A stretch of 64,000 nucleotides of DNA, taken from positions 32,001 to 96,000 of the forward strand of contig JBFJHJ010000002.1 in the NCBI GenBank assembly GCA_041613315.1. Direction: 5' to 3'. Numbering within the stretch: position 1 is the first letter of the stretch; each line of letters starts with the position of its first letter. Made by a program: the position numbers and the translations under genes. This document shows positions 48,455-58,605 of the stretch, one piece after another. Under the pieces are notes generated by a model, which was not told where the DNA came from, searched no databases, and was given only the letters and a program-made list of their open reading frames with translations. The stretch comes from Gemmatimonadales bacterium (GTDB lineage Bacteria > Gemmatimonadota > Gemmatimonadetes > Gemmatimonadales > GWC2-71-9).

Positions 48455-48574
48455 GGTCTTCACCTCCTGAGGGCAGGGAGGTAGAACATGGCCGGTCCCA
48501 CGTCCACTCGCTAGCCCCCGGGCCGAGCAGCCCGGTGGCACCGCCAGAAGCGACGGCCGGCCCACACGCAAGCG

Positions 48575-48602
48575 GCGGCGGGGCCACCGCAGGCCCCGCC
48601 GC
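48575..48602. terminator. Perfect 11-bp GC hairpin, possible terminator (no U-tract)
   Basis: GCGGCGGGGCC-ACCGCA-GGCCCCGCCGC, 43 nt downstream of the 48645 stop. Confidence 0.4.
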
Positions 48603-48644
48603 TCACGGATACCTTCGATCCGCCGAATGTCCGCCCGGCCCGCG

Positions 48645-49277
48645 CTACCCGCCCAGGCCGATGTTCATGACGTCCGTCGCCGGCTCCCCCTCGTCCAAGC
48701 CGTGGCGGAGGTGATAGACGAGCCGCACGAGTACACGCACCGCCCGGAGGTTCAGCGCCAGCGCCTCAGCCGAGCGGCCCTCATCCAGGGCGGCGTCCGC
48801 GAGCTCGCGGAGCTCGGCGACGTGGGCGAGGACCCCACGGATCCGCGGTGCGTCGCGATCGCCCAAACGCTGCTCGATGCGGGCGCGGACCCGGTCCACG
48901 ACCTGGCCGACCCGCGCCGGCGCGTCCGGGAAGGTATGGACGATCGCCTGCAGCAGCTTGTCGTAAGACTCTCGGGCGAGGGCCCGTGCGCGATCGAGGT
49001 CCCCCTCGTCACGGGCGGTACGTGCCTCGACCCGCAGGGCACGGGCGTCCTCCAGGAGCGCCACGGCGGTGGCGTCGCCGTGCTCCTCCACGGCGCGGAC
49101 CAGTCGCTGGACCAGGTGAGCCAGGCCGACTTCCTCGCGGTCGAACGTGTGGTCCGCCTCAGCCGCCAGGGAGAGGGCCAGTCCCTCCTCCTCGGCCGGC
49201 GCCAGTGGGCCGGATTGGTCGCACCCGGCGAGGACGAAGCCGGCCAGCGCGATCCCGATGAACGTACGGATACTCAT
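48645..49277 (-). CDS. Hypothetical alpha-helical lipoprotein
   Basis: Clear lipobox LAGC after a hydrophobic signal; repeated helical hairpins. Confidence 0.7.
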   Translation of the reverse strand: MSIRTFIGIALAGFVLAGCDQSGPLAPAEEEGLALSLAAEADHTFDREEVGLAHLVQRLVRAVEEHGDATAVALLEDARALRVEARTARDEGDLDRARALARESYDKLLQAIVHTFPDAPARVGQVVDRVRARIEQRLGDRDAPRIRGVLAHVAELRELADAALDEGRSAEALALNLRAVRVLVRLVYHLRHGLDEGEPATDVMNIGLGG

Positions 49278-49424
49278 GATCACCCCTCGTGTCGTGGTTT
49301 CCGAGGGCTTAGACGAGTGCGGCGGGGTGCTGTTAAGGGGGCGAGGCCATCGCCCCGACCCGCACGCCTAGCCCGGCCACGCGACCGCAGGCATTCTTCG
49401 AATCGGAGGAACCGGACCCCAACC

Positions 49425-50537
49425 ATGCCACACGACCGTGTCCGCTCCCGACTCACCCGCCGCGACTTCGTCGCGTCCGGCCTCGCCGCCGCCGCGCTGG
49501 CCGTTCCGGCGGCGGGGCCGCTCCGCCAGCTCCGCCGCCGGCAGGGTTCCACCCCTGTGATCGACGGCCTCGGCGAGATCCGCCTCGACTACGACATGTC
49601 CCTGCTCGACGAGATCCGCGCCAGCGGACTGACGGCCTGCGTCATCACGGTCGGCAACCCCGCCCTGCACGATGCGACCGCGTTCCCCGACCTGCGCCGC
49701 GAGATCGAGGCGTACGATCGCCACGTCGCGAACCATCCCGACCGACTCGCTCACGCCCGTTCGGTCGGCGACATCGACCGCGCGCGGGCCCGGGGCACGA
49801 TCGGGCTGCTGTACTACACGCAGAACGCCACCCCCGTCGAAGACGACGTGCGCCGCCTCGACACGCTTCGGCAGTTGGGCGTGCGCATCGTCCAGCTCAC
49901 GTACAATACCCGGAACCTCCTGGGCGACGGTTGCCTCGAACGTACCAACGCCGGCCTCAGTCGCTTCGGGCTCGAGGTCGTCGAGCGGTTGAACGCGCTT
50001 GATATGGTGGTCGACGTGTCCCACTGCGGGGAGGCCACGACCCTCGATACGATCCGGTCTTCCCGGACGCCCGTCGCCGTGACGCACGCCGGGTGCAAGG
50101 CCGTTTTCGACCACCCCCGCAACAAGACCGACGACGCGCTCCGCGCGCTGGCGGATCGCGGTGGGGTGATCGGCATCTACCAGATCAATCCGTATCTCGG
50201 GCCGAAGGAGCGAAACACCCTCGACGATTACCTGGCGCACCTCGATCACGCCATCAACGTGGCGGGGGTCGACCACGTGGGCATCGGCAGTGACCGTGAG
50301 CACCGCCCGATCCCCGACACCGAGGAAGAGAAGCAGAAACTCATCGCGGAGCTGGCACAGCTCCGTCCCGTTACCGCCGCCACGTTCCGCTGGCCCTTCT
50401 TCCTCAGCGAGCTCAACCACCCCCGGCGCATGGAGACCGTGCGGCGTGCGCTGGAGCGACGCGGCCGCCCCCCCGCGGACATCGACAAGATCCTAGGAGG
50501 GAATTTCTATCGGCTGTTTCGGGACACGCTCGGATGA
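49425..50537 (+). CDS. Membrane dipeptidase (peptidase M19) family protein with Tat signal
   Basis: TRRDFV Tat motif, QLTYN, GLSRFG, DVSH, THAG, HPRNKTD, GIGSD, LGGNF. Confidence 0.85.
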   Translation: MPHDRVRSRLTRRDFVASGLAAAALAVPAAGPLRQLRRRQGSTPVIDGLGEIRLDYDMSLLDEIRASGLTACVITVGNPALHDATAFPDLRREIEAYDRHVANHPDRLAHARSVGDIDRARARGTIGLLYYTQNATPVEDDVRRLDTLRQLGVRIVQLTYNTRNLLGDGCLERTNAGLSRFGLEVVERLNALDMVVDVSHCGEATTLDTIRSSRTPVAVTHAGCKAVFDHPRNKTDDALRALADRGGVIGIYQINPYLGPKERNTLDDYLAHLDHAINVAGVDHVGIGSDREHRPIPDTEEEKQKLIAELAQLRPVTAATFRWPFFLSELNHPRRMETVRRALERRGRPPADIDKILGGNFYRLFRDTLG

Positions 50538-50567
50538 GTCGGAGCCGAGCCGGACGACTGTCCGCCG

Positions 50568-52457
50568 TCAGCGATAGCCGGCCGCCTGGAGGTTGAACAG
50601 CTCTGAATACAGGCCGCCTGTGGCGAGGAGCTCCTCATGCGTTCCGTGCTCCAGCAGCCGCCCGGCCCGGAGTACGAGGATGCGGTCGGCCATGCGCACC
50701 GTCGAGAAGCGGTGCGAGATGACGACCGCGATCTTGCCGCGGGTGAGCTCGGTGAACCGCAGGAACACCTCATACTCCGCGCGGGCATCCAGCGCGGCCG
50801 TGGGCTCGTCGAGGATCAGCACCTGGGCCTCGCGCATGTAGGCCCGGGCGAGCGCCACCTTCTGCCACTCGCCGCCAGACAGCTCGACGCCACCGTCGAA
50901 CCGCCGGCCAAGCTGTTGGTCGAACCCCTGGGGGAGTCGCTCCGCCACGCGGTCGGCCATCCCGCGCCGCGCCGCCTCGCGAATTCGCATGTCGTTGCTC
51001 AGCTCCTCAATCTGTCCGACCGCGATATTCTCCTTGAATAGGAACGCGAATTGCATGAAGTCCTGGAATATCACGCCGATGTGTGCCCAGAGCGTGTCGA
51101 GGTCGTAGTCGCGGAGGTCCACGCCGTCCAGGAGAATCCGCCCCTCGTCCGGGTCGTACAGCCGCGCGAGGAGTTTGACCAGGGTTGTCTTGCCGGCGCC
51201 GTTTTCGCCGACCAGCGCGACCGAGTGGTTCGGCGTGAGCGTGAAGCTCAGGTCCCGCACTGCCCAGGTGTCCGACCCCGGATACCGGAAGCTGACCCCT
51301 TCGAAGACGAACCCGTGCCGGATGGGGCGCGGGACCGCGACGGCTCCCGGTTTCGACGCCACCCGCGGGGTGAGCTCGAAGAAGACGAAGAGATCGCGCA
51401 GGTACAGACTCTGCTCGTACACCTGCGACAGCGTCAGCAAGACGCGTTGGATCAGATCCCGGCTCTGGCGAAACGAGCCCGCCAGGAACGTGAGCACGCC
51501 GATGGTGAAGGGGCCCGCCGGGCTCTGATGCCCGATCACGGTGAGGTAGATGATCACGCCGTAGGCGCCGTAGTACCCCAGCGTGCCGACCGCCGCCAAC
51601 ACGCTCGCCACCGCGGCCCGCCGCGTCGAGAGCCGCCGGTTGGCCGCGTAAAATTCGTCCGCGAGCCTCGCATAGCGCCCGACGAGAAACGGCGACAGAT
51701 GGAAGAGCTTCACCTCCTTCGCGGAGCCGTCGCTGGCGGCCGTGAAGCGCAGGTAATCGAGCATCCGCCGCTCGGGCGTCCACTGGAACAACAGGCTGTA
51801 GCCGAGCGCCGCAAAATGCGTCTCTCCCAGGAACGACGGTATCACCGCGACCGCCAGGAGAAGCAGGAGCCACGGCACGTACAACATCAGGGCCGCGGCC
51901 AGCGAGATCAGCGTGATGAGGTCCTGGAGCGTGGCCAGCAGCTGCCCCAGCAGCCCGATGCGGCCCACCGTTTGCCGCCGCGCCCGTTCGAGATGATCGT
52001 ACGTCTCGGCGTCCTCGAACTGCGCGACGTCGAGTCGCGCGGCGTGCTCCATGAGGCGGACCGACAGCCGGTTCGAGAACAGATCGCCCAGGAGACTCTC
52101 GAGCAGTGAGGACGCCCGGGCGAGGCCCTCTCCCGCCACGGCGATCGCGAGCTCGAGCACCACCAGGCCGCCGAGGTGCCGCCAGTCCACGGCCTGGTCG
52201 GCCCGGTAGTACACCTCGATGCTCTCGATGATGAGCTTGCCCACCCAGAGGAGCGCCAACGGCACCAGCGCGCGGACCATCCGCAGGCCGATGATCGCGA
52301 CGGTGTACCCGCGGTGCGTGCGGTACACCATCCCGAGCAGCGGCGGGACGTACCGCAGGGCGGCGAGCCGCTCGCGCCAGGTCGGGACGTCCGGATCCGG
52401 CGTGAGGGCGCTCTGCGGCCGTCGGGGGATGCCGTGCGGAATAAACGGGGTACCCAC
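50568..52457 (-). CDS. ABC exporter, fused permease/ATP-binding protein
   Basis: N-terminal TM domain, GENGAGKT, LSGGEWQK, ILDEPT, ISHR; start uncertain. Confidence 0.92.
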   Translation of the reverse strand: MGTPFIPHGIPRRPQSALTPDPDVPTWRERLAALRYVPPLLGMVYRTHRGYTVAIIGLRMVRALVPLALLWVGKLIIESIEVYYRADQAVDWRHLGGLVVLELAIAVAGEGLARASSLLESLLGDLFSNRLSVRLMEHAARLDVAQFEDAETYDHLERARRQTVGRIGLLGQLLATLQDLITLISLAAALMLYVPWLLLLLAVAVIPSFLGETHFAALGYSLLFQWTPERRMLDYLRFTAASDGSAKEVKLFHLSPFLVGRYARLADEFYAANRRLSTRRAAVASVLAAVGTLGYYGAYGVIIYLTVIGHQSPAGPFTIGVLTFLAGSFRQSRDLIQRVLLTLSQVYEQSLYLRDLFVFFELTPRVASKPGAVAVPRPIRHGFVFEGVSFRYPGSDTWAVRDLSFTLTPNHSVALVGENGAGKTTLVKLLARLYDPDEGRILLDGVDLRDYDLDTLWAHIGVIFQDFMQFAFLFKENIAVGQIEELSNDMRIREAARRGMADRVAERLPQGFDQQLGRRFDGGVELSGGEWQKVALARAYMREAQVLILDEPTAALDARAEYEVFLRFTELTRGKIAVVISHRFSTVRMADRILVLRAGRLLEHGTHEELLATGGLYSELFNLQAAGYR

Positions 52458-52513
52458 AGGCGAAAGTTAACACCGGCCTCGCCGCACCGTCTCACGTCCT
52501 ACACCCCGACGAG

Positions 52514-54205
52514 GTGGCGGCAGTGCGACAGCTGACCTGGATCATCGTAGCCTGGTCGATGGCCGGACTCGGGAGCCCGCTCCGAGCCCAGTTGCCCGCG
52601 GACTCCGGGGAGCGGGCCCGCGCCATCCATGTGCTGCATCGGCTGGCGTACGGTCCCCGCCCGGCGGAGGTGGACCGGGTCGTGGCGATGGGGGTGGAGG
52701 CGTACATCGCCCAGCAGCTGGACCCCGCACGCATCGACGACGGCGTGCTCGAGGCGCGGCTCGCGGACTTCGTCGTTCTTCAGACGGACACGCGCACCCT
52801 GGCGGCGCTGCTCCGGGGGGCGCAGGACGAGCGCCGGGAGCAACAGCGCCAACAGCCAGACACCGGCGATGCTTCGCGGCGCCCGGACCGAACTCCGCCC
52901 GGCGCCAACGCCCGCACGCTCAGGCGCCGCTTGGGAGAGTTTCAGGCGGTAGCGGTCGTGCGGGCGGTGGTGTCGGAACGCCAGCTACATGAAGTGATGG
53001 TCGATTTCTGGACCAACCACTTCAATGTCTTTCTCGGCAAGGGACCCGAACGCGCTCTGATGCCGGGCTACATCGAGCGCACGATCCGGCCCCGCGCCCT
53101 CGGTCGGTTCGAAGATCTCTTGATCGCAACCGCCCAGAGCCCGGCCATGCTCGTCTACCTCGACAACGCGCAGTCGGTGCAGCCCGGCGCGACCCCGCCC
53201 CGGCTGGAACGGATGCGGGCCCGGCTCAGCCAGCCGCGCATGGGTGGCCGTCGGCCCGGGGGGCGCGGCGCCGAGATGCGCACCCGGGCGGACTCGATGC
53301 TTCGCCGCTTGGAGGATCGCGTCCCCAAAGGGCTGAACGAGAACTACGCCCGGGAGCTCCTCGAGCTCCACACGCTGGGCGTCGACGGCGGCTACACCCA
53401 GGACGACGTCCAGGGCGTCGCGCGGATCTTGACCGGCTGGAGCGTGGGCGACCCGTTCCGATCGCCCGAGTTCGTCTTCAACGACTGGGCCCACGATCGC
53501 ACGGCGAAGACCGCGCTCGGCGTAGCGTTCCCGGCGGGTGGCGGAATGGAAGAAGGACTCGAGTTGCTCCGCATGCTGGCGAGCCACCCGTCCACGGCCC
53601 GGCACATGAGCCGGAAGCTCTGCGCGCGCTTCGTCAGCGACGACCCGCCACCGGGCTGCGTAGACACCGCCGCGGCGGCGTGGGAACGCAGCGACGGCGC
53701 GATCCGGGAAGTGCTCGCCGCGATTTTTCGTGCACCCGAGTTCTGGCCGCCCGAGTATCGCGACGTCAAAGTCAAGACGCCGCTCGAGTTCGTCGCCAGC
53801 GCCGTCCGGGCGGTGGGCGGCACCCCCGATGCCTCGCCCGCCCTCGCGCGAGTCGTGGCGCACCTCGGCCAGCCTCTCTACCTCGAGCCGGCGCCGACGG
53901 GTTACCCGGAGTCGCAGGAGTCATGGGTGAACGCCAGCGCGCTCCTCGAGCGGCTCAACATCGCCATGGCGCTCGGCGGACAGCGCCTCCCCGGCGTGAG
54001 CGTCGCGCTGGACCCCGTGATCCCTCGGCTCGACGATCCGGCCGCGCTGGCGGCGGCGGTGAACACGGCGGTGCTGGCCGGGCGGGGATCGCCCAGCACG
54101 CTGCGCGTCATCGCCGAGCGGGTCGCCGCCGTGCGTGATGCCGCACGCGCACACGCACTCGCCATCGGGCTCGCGCTGGGCAGCCCGGAATTCCAGCGCC
54201 AATAG
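52514..54205 (+). CDS. DUF1800 family exported protein
   Basis: RLAYGP, FWTNHFNV, PAMLVYLDN, NENYARELLELHTLG, KTPLEF, GSPEFQRQ. Confidence 0.9.
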   Translation: MAAVRQLTWIIVAWSMAGLGSPLRAQLPADSGERARAIHVLHRLAYGPRPAEVDRVVAMGVEAYIAQQLDPARIDDGVLEARLADFVVLQTDTRTLAALLRGAQDERREQQRQQPDTGDASRRPDRTPPGANARTLRRRLGEFQAVAVVRAVVSERQLHEVMVDFWTNHFNVFLGKGPERALMPGYIERTIRPRALGRFEDLLIATAQSPAMLVYLDNAQSVQPGATPPRLERMRARLSQPRMGGRRPGGRGAEMRTRADSMLRRLEDRVPKGLNENYARELLELHTLGVDGGYTQDDVQGVARILTGWSVGDPFRSPEFVFNDWAHDRTAKTALGVAFPAGGGMEEGLELLRMLASHPSTARHMSRKLCARFVSDDPPPGCVDTAAAAWERSDGAIREVLAAIFRAPEFWPPEYRDVKVKTPLEFVASAVRAVGGTPDASPALARVVAHLGQPLYLEPAPTGYPESQESWVNASALLERLNIAMALGGQRLPGVSVALDPVIPRLDDPAALAAAVNTAVLAGRGSPSTLRVIAERVAAVRDAARAHALAIGLALGSPEFQRQ

Positions 54206-54215
54206 GAGGGACCGT

Positions 54216-55487
54216 ATGGACACGCCGAGCATTGACCGACGGGTGTTCGTCAAAGCCGGTGGACTCGCGCTCGTGAGCCTCGGGCTGGACCCGCTCTTCG
54301 TGACCCGCGCGGCGTACGCGCTGAGGCGTGAGGGCGGCCCGGCCAACCGGAAGAAGACGCTGGTCTGCGTCTTCCAACGGGGGGCCGTCGATGGCCTCAA
54401 CATGATCGTCCCGCACGGCGACGCGCATTACTACCGGGAGCGGCCGCGGATCGCCATCCCTCGCCCCGGTGCGACGGACGGCGCCATCGACTTGGACGGT
54501 CACTTCGGGCTCCATCCCGCGCTCGGCCCGCTCGAGCCCTTCTATCGGTCCGGTGCGCTCGCCGTCATCCAAGCCGTGGGATCGCCCGACACGACGCGCA
54601 GCCACTTCGACGCGCAGGATTACATGGAGACCGGGACGCCGGGGGTGAAGTCCACGCGCGACGGTTGGTTGAACCGGCATCTGGCCCACTCGGCGGAGCA
54701 TCGGGAAACCCCGTTCCGCGGGGTAGCCGTCGGACCGCGACTCCCCCGCGCTCTTCGCGGCGCCTCACCGGCCCTCGCCATCGAGGACCTCAGGGCGTTC
54801 GGGCTCCGAGGCGGCGATCAGGCACGGGACCGGCTCACGGCGGCTTTCGAGGAATTGTACGCCGGCGCCTCCACCGGCCTGGTGGCGTCGTCGTCGGAGG
54901 AGGCGTTCGAGGCGCTGCGGCTGCTGAAGCGGATCGATCCGAAGGCGTACGCGCCGGCGTTCGGTGCGGAGTATCCCACGACGCCGTTCGGCCGCTCCAT
55001 GCAGCAGATCGCCCAGCTCATCAAGGCCGATCTCGGTGTCGAGATCGCGTTCGCCGACGTGAGCGGCTGGGACACCCATGTGAATCAGGGGGCGAGCAGC
55101 GGGCAGCTCGCGACGCGGCTCGCCGACCTCGGACGTACCCTCGCGGCCTTCGCGCAGGATCTCGGCGAGCGGCTGGCGAATGTCGTGGTCCTCACGATGA
55201 GCGAGTTCGGACGGACCGTGGCCGAGAACGGGAATCGGGGGACGGACCACGGACGAGCCACGGCGATGATGGTCCTGGGAGGCGGCACGCGCGGCGGGCG
55301 CGTCCTGGGCCGCTGGCCGACGCTCGACCCCGGTCGGCGGTTCGAGGGTCGAGACCTGGCGGTCACGACCGACTTCCGAGACCTCTTCGGTGAAGTGTTG
55401 GTGCGCCACCTGGGAACGACGACACTGGGGGCGGTCTTCCCCGGCCACACCGCTGATGTCGAGCGCTGGGTGGGCGTGATGGGATGA
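54216..55487 (+). CDS. DUF1501 family protein (Tat-like signal)
   Basis: DRRVFVK, FQRGAVDGLN, RSHFDAQ, GWDTH, SEFGRT, GTDHG; SD AGGAGG. Confidence 0.9.
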   Translation: MDTPSIDRRVFVKAGGLALVSLGLDPLFVTRAAYALRREGGPANRKKTLVCVFQRGAVDGLNMIVPHGDAHYYRERPRIAIPRPGATDGAIDLDGHFGLHPALGPLEPFYRSGALAVIQAVGSPDTTRSHFDAQDYMETGTPGVKSTRDGWLNRHLAHSAEHRETPFRGVAVGPRLPRALRGASPALAIEDLRAFGLRGGDQARDRLTAAFEELYAGASTGLVASSSEEAFEALRLLKRIDPKAYAPAFGAEYPTTPFGRSMQQIAQLIKADLGVEIAFADVSGWDTHVNQGASSGQLATRLADLGRTLAAFAQDLGERLANVVVLTMSEFGRTVAENGNRGTDHGRATAMMVLGGGTRGGRVLGRWPTLDPGRRFEGRDLAVTTDFRDLFGEVLVRHLGTTTLGAVFPGHTADVERWVGVMG

Positions 55488-55676
55488 TCGCCGCCAAGCG
55501 CGGAGCGAGGGCGCCGGGCCAGGGCGGTCCCCCCTCTTTCCGCGCGACACCGGCGCCCATTGTGGGCGGCGACGCCGGCATGCTTCCGACGAACGCGGCG
55601 ATGTCGTGGCAGCACGCGCATCGCCGCGGTTATTATGAGGCATGCTCCACCGAGTGGTCAGTCGCACCGAGGGCCG

Positions 55677-56390
55677 GTGAATCTCGACTCCAGCGTCGCG
55701 ATCGTTACCGGTGCGACCGAGGGCATCGGCCGCGCCATCACGTTCGCCCTGGGACGACGGGGGGCACGGCTGGCGGTGTGTGCGCGCACCGTACAGCACC
55801 TCGAAGCGCTGCGGGTGTCGCTCGACGCGGAGGGGATCACCGCGGCGGCGCGGCCGTGCGACGTGGCCGACGAGGCGAGCGTTGCCGCGTTCGTCGGATT
55901 CGCGCGGGACCAGTTCGGGGACCCGGACGTCCTCGTGAACAACGCCGGGGTTGGGCACGTCGCGCCCGTGGTGGAGATGCCCGTTGAGCGCTTCGATGAG
56001 ACGATGGCGGTCAACGTCCGGGGCGTGTTCCTGATGACGCGCGCGGTTCTCCCGGCCATGATCCGCCGAGGTCGGGGCCACATCGTGAACATCGCGAGCC
56101 TCGCGGGCCGGAACCCCGTGCCGCGCGCGGCGGCCTACGCCGCCTCCAAGCACGCCGTCCTCGGCTTCTCCAAGTCCCTCCTCATGGAAGTGCGGGAGCA
56201 CGGCATCCGGGTGCTGGCGGTGTGCCCGGGGTCGGTCGTGACCCCGTTCTTCGCGAAGGCCGGGATGCCTCTGGATCACCCTGAGCGGAAGCTCCAGCCG
56301 GAGGACATCGCGGCCGCCGTCGTGGCGGCCCTCGAGCTGCCGGACCGGGCCCTCGTCTCGGAACTCGACATCCGACCGACCACCCCCTGA
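55677..56390 (+). CDS. Short-chain dehydrogenase/reductase
   Basis: TGATEGIG, NNAG, YAASK. Confidence 0.9.
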   Translation: MNLDSSVAIVTGATEGIGRAITFALGRRGARLAVCARTVQHLEALRVSLDAEGITAAARPCDVADEASVAAFVGFARDQFGDPDVLVNNAGVGHVAPVVEMPVERFDETMAVNVRGVFLMTRAVLPAMIRRGRGHIVNIASLAGRNPVPRAAAYAASKHAVLGFSKSLLMEVREHGIRVLAVCPGSVVTPFFAKAGMPLDHPERKLQPEDIAAAVVAALELPDRALVSELDIRPTTP

Positions 56391-56466
56391 TCCGAAGGCG
56401 CGGTGCGTCACTGTTCACCCGGGCCGCGGCTGGCATATTAGCCGGCGGCCCCGAGCCGGCCGAGCA

Positions 56467-58410
56467 GTGGCAGGCGCCCGCAACGCCTTACGGGAGAACG
56501 CTTTGACGCGCAACGGGGACCCCGGCGTCGCGCTCGCGCACGCCGCGGTGACCTCGCACGATGCGAGGGAGTTTTGGACGGCCGTGACCAAGGTCCTGAG
56601 CGACTGGGCGGACGGCGCGTACATCCGTATCAGTTATGCCGGTCGGGGGGACACCGGCACCGTCGAGGGCGGTCCGCGATTCCGGGCGGCGCTTCCGGTC
56701 GAACACCAGTGGCAGGACCAGGACGGTCGGACCGTCCGGGTGGCGGTTGTGACGGAGGGCACATTACCGGCCCAGCCGCCTCTGGGTCGCCTCGTCGAGA
56801 TCGCGGCATCGTTGGCCACGCTTGTCGGGCGCCGCGCGGTGCTCGAGCGGGAGCGCCGGCTCACCAGCTTCCTTGTCGAGTTGTCGCGGTGGATGCTCAT
56901 GTCCGCGACCGACCCGCAGATCCTCCTTCGCTACACGCTGCAGAGCGTGATGAAGTTGATTGGCGCGGACGGCGCGATGACGCTGGTGCGGCCGCCGGGA
57001 ACGACGGGCCTCCAGATCCGCGGGATGGTCGGCAGCGCGACGCCGCTCGAGGAGGCTATGGACAGCGGGATTGCCGATGCCTGCGTCCGCGTCCTGGAGA
57101 ATGGCCAGCCTATTCTGGTGAACGATCCGGAGGGCGATCCTGACTTGGCGCGTTCCACGATGCTGCGCGAATGGCTGCGGGCCGCCATGATGGTGCCGCT
57201 CAAGTCCACCACCGGCAACGTGGGCGTCCTGTGCGCGTTCCGCTCGGCCAAGTACCACACCGCCACCGAGTTCTCGCTGGATGACCTGAGCTATCTCGAC
57301 GCCGTGGCCGCGCACATCGCGAGCGGGATCGAGCTGGCCGAGGCGATCCGCACGGCGCAGGTGGCGGCCCGCCGGGCGCACGCGATGGTGGACAGCAGCC
57401 CCTTGCCGCTCGCCTTGCTCACGGGAGGCGGCGACGTGGGCCACGTGAACGACGCGTTTGTCACCCTGCTCGGACTCGACGCCGGAGACGCCGCCGTTGG
57501 CCGCCGGTTCGACACGCTCCCCCTCAAGCCGGCGGGCGGCACGGTGGCGCAGCTCCTGAAAGCGGCGCGCCGCACCGACACGTGGGAGGGTCCGATTATC
57601 GTGGAGCGCAACGGGGAGCGCCGGACCTGTGACGGCGTGATCACCCGACTCGACGAGACCGAGGCCGGGGAGCTCCTCCTCGCGCTCTACGACCGGACCG
57701 ACGAGTTGCGGGCTCAGCGCGAGCTCGTCGCGCGGGAGAAGCTGGCGACGATCGGCGAGCTAGCGAGCGGCGTCGCCCACGAGGTCAACAATCCCCTCGC
57801 GGCGATCCGCATGGAGGCGGAGCTGTTGGGTCAGGCGGCGGAGCGTCCCGAGACCCGGGACGCGGTCGCGGTCATCCTCAAGGAAGTCGACCGTGCCGCC
57901 GGGATCGCCCGCAGCCTGCTGCACCTGACCCGACGGTCGGGCACCACGCCCGATTACATCCACGTAAACGAGCTCCTCCAGGACGTCGTCGAGATTCGTT
58001 CGCGCGTGGCGCGCTCCGAGGGCATCACCATCGACGCCGACCTCGATCCCGAAGTGCCGTCGCTCCGCGTGCCCGCCGCCGATCTCCAGCAAGTGCTCAT
58101 CAACCTGGTGACCAACGCAGAGCACGCGGTCCACGGCCGCGACAACGCGCGCATCGAAGTGCGGTCGCGCTTCGAGCAGGACGTCATACGGATCTCCGTG
58201 TCGGATTCCGGGCCGGGGGTGGAACCGGCGATCCGCAGCCGCATCTTCGATCCCTTCTTCACGACCAAAGATCCCGACGAAGGCAGCGGGCTGGGTCTCG
58301 CCCTCAGCCGGAGCATCGTGAGCGACCTGGGGGGCCGGATCTGGGTGGAGGATGCGCCGCTGGGCGGGGCGGCCTTCCACGTCGAACTCCCGCTGGCACA
58401 CGGCGCCTGA
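56467..58410 (+). CDS. Cytoplasmic sensor histidine kinase (GAF-PAS-HisKA-HATPase)
   Basis: GVAHEVNNPL, QVLINLVTNA, DSGPG, FDPFFTTK, GSGLGL; start uncertain. Confidence 0.9.
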   Translation: MAGARNALRENALTRNGDPGVALAHAAVTSHDAREFWTAVTKVLSDWADGAYIRISYAGRGDTGTVEGGPRFRAALPVEHQWQDQDGRTVRVAVVTEGTLPAQPPLGRLVEIAASLATLVGRRAVLERERRLTSFLVELSRWMLMSATDPQILLRYTLQSVMKLIGADGAMTLVRPPGTTGLQIRGMVGSATPLEEAMDSGIADACVRVLENGQPILVNDPEGDPDLARSTMLREWLRAAMMVPLKSTTGNVGVLCAFRSAKYHTATEFSLDDLSYLDAVAAHIASGIELAEAIRTAQVAARRAHAMVDSSPLPLALLTGGGDVGHVNDAFVTLLGLDAGDAAVGRRFDTLPLKPAGGTVAQLLKAARRTDTWEGPIIVERNGERRTCDGVITRLDETEAGELLLALYDRTDELRAQRELVAREKLATIGELASGVAHEVNNPLAAIRMEAELLGQAAERPETRDAVAVILKEVDRAAGIARSLLHLTRRSGTTPDYIHVNELLQDVVEIRSRVARSEGITIDADLDPEVPSLRVPAADLQQVLINLVTNAEHAVHGRDNARIEVRSRFEQDVIRISVSDSGPGVEPAIRSRIFDPFFTTKDPDEGSGLGLALSRSIVSDLGGRIWVEDAPLGGAAFHVELPLAHGA

Positions 58411-58605
58411 CGCCGGCGCCACCACCGCAGACGATATTTCCGCACGTCCACCCACCGCGATGGCCTAGCGCGGACCACAGCGCGCACGAACCGGAGCGAG
58501 CACAGCGTGTTATTATAGTCCCGCCCCGGCACGGCGCTCCGTCGGCGCGGGCGGCGGCTGGAACCCGCACGGGGCGGCCGTAGTTCTCTTGCCGAGAGGA
58601 GCCAC

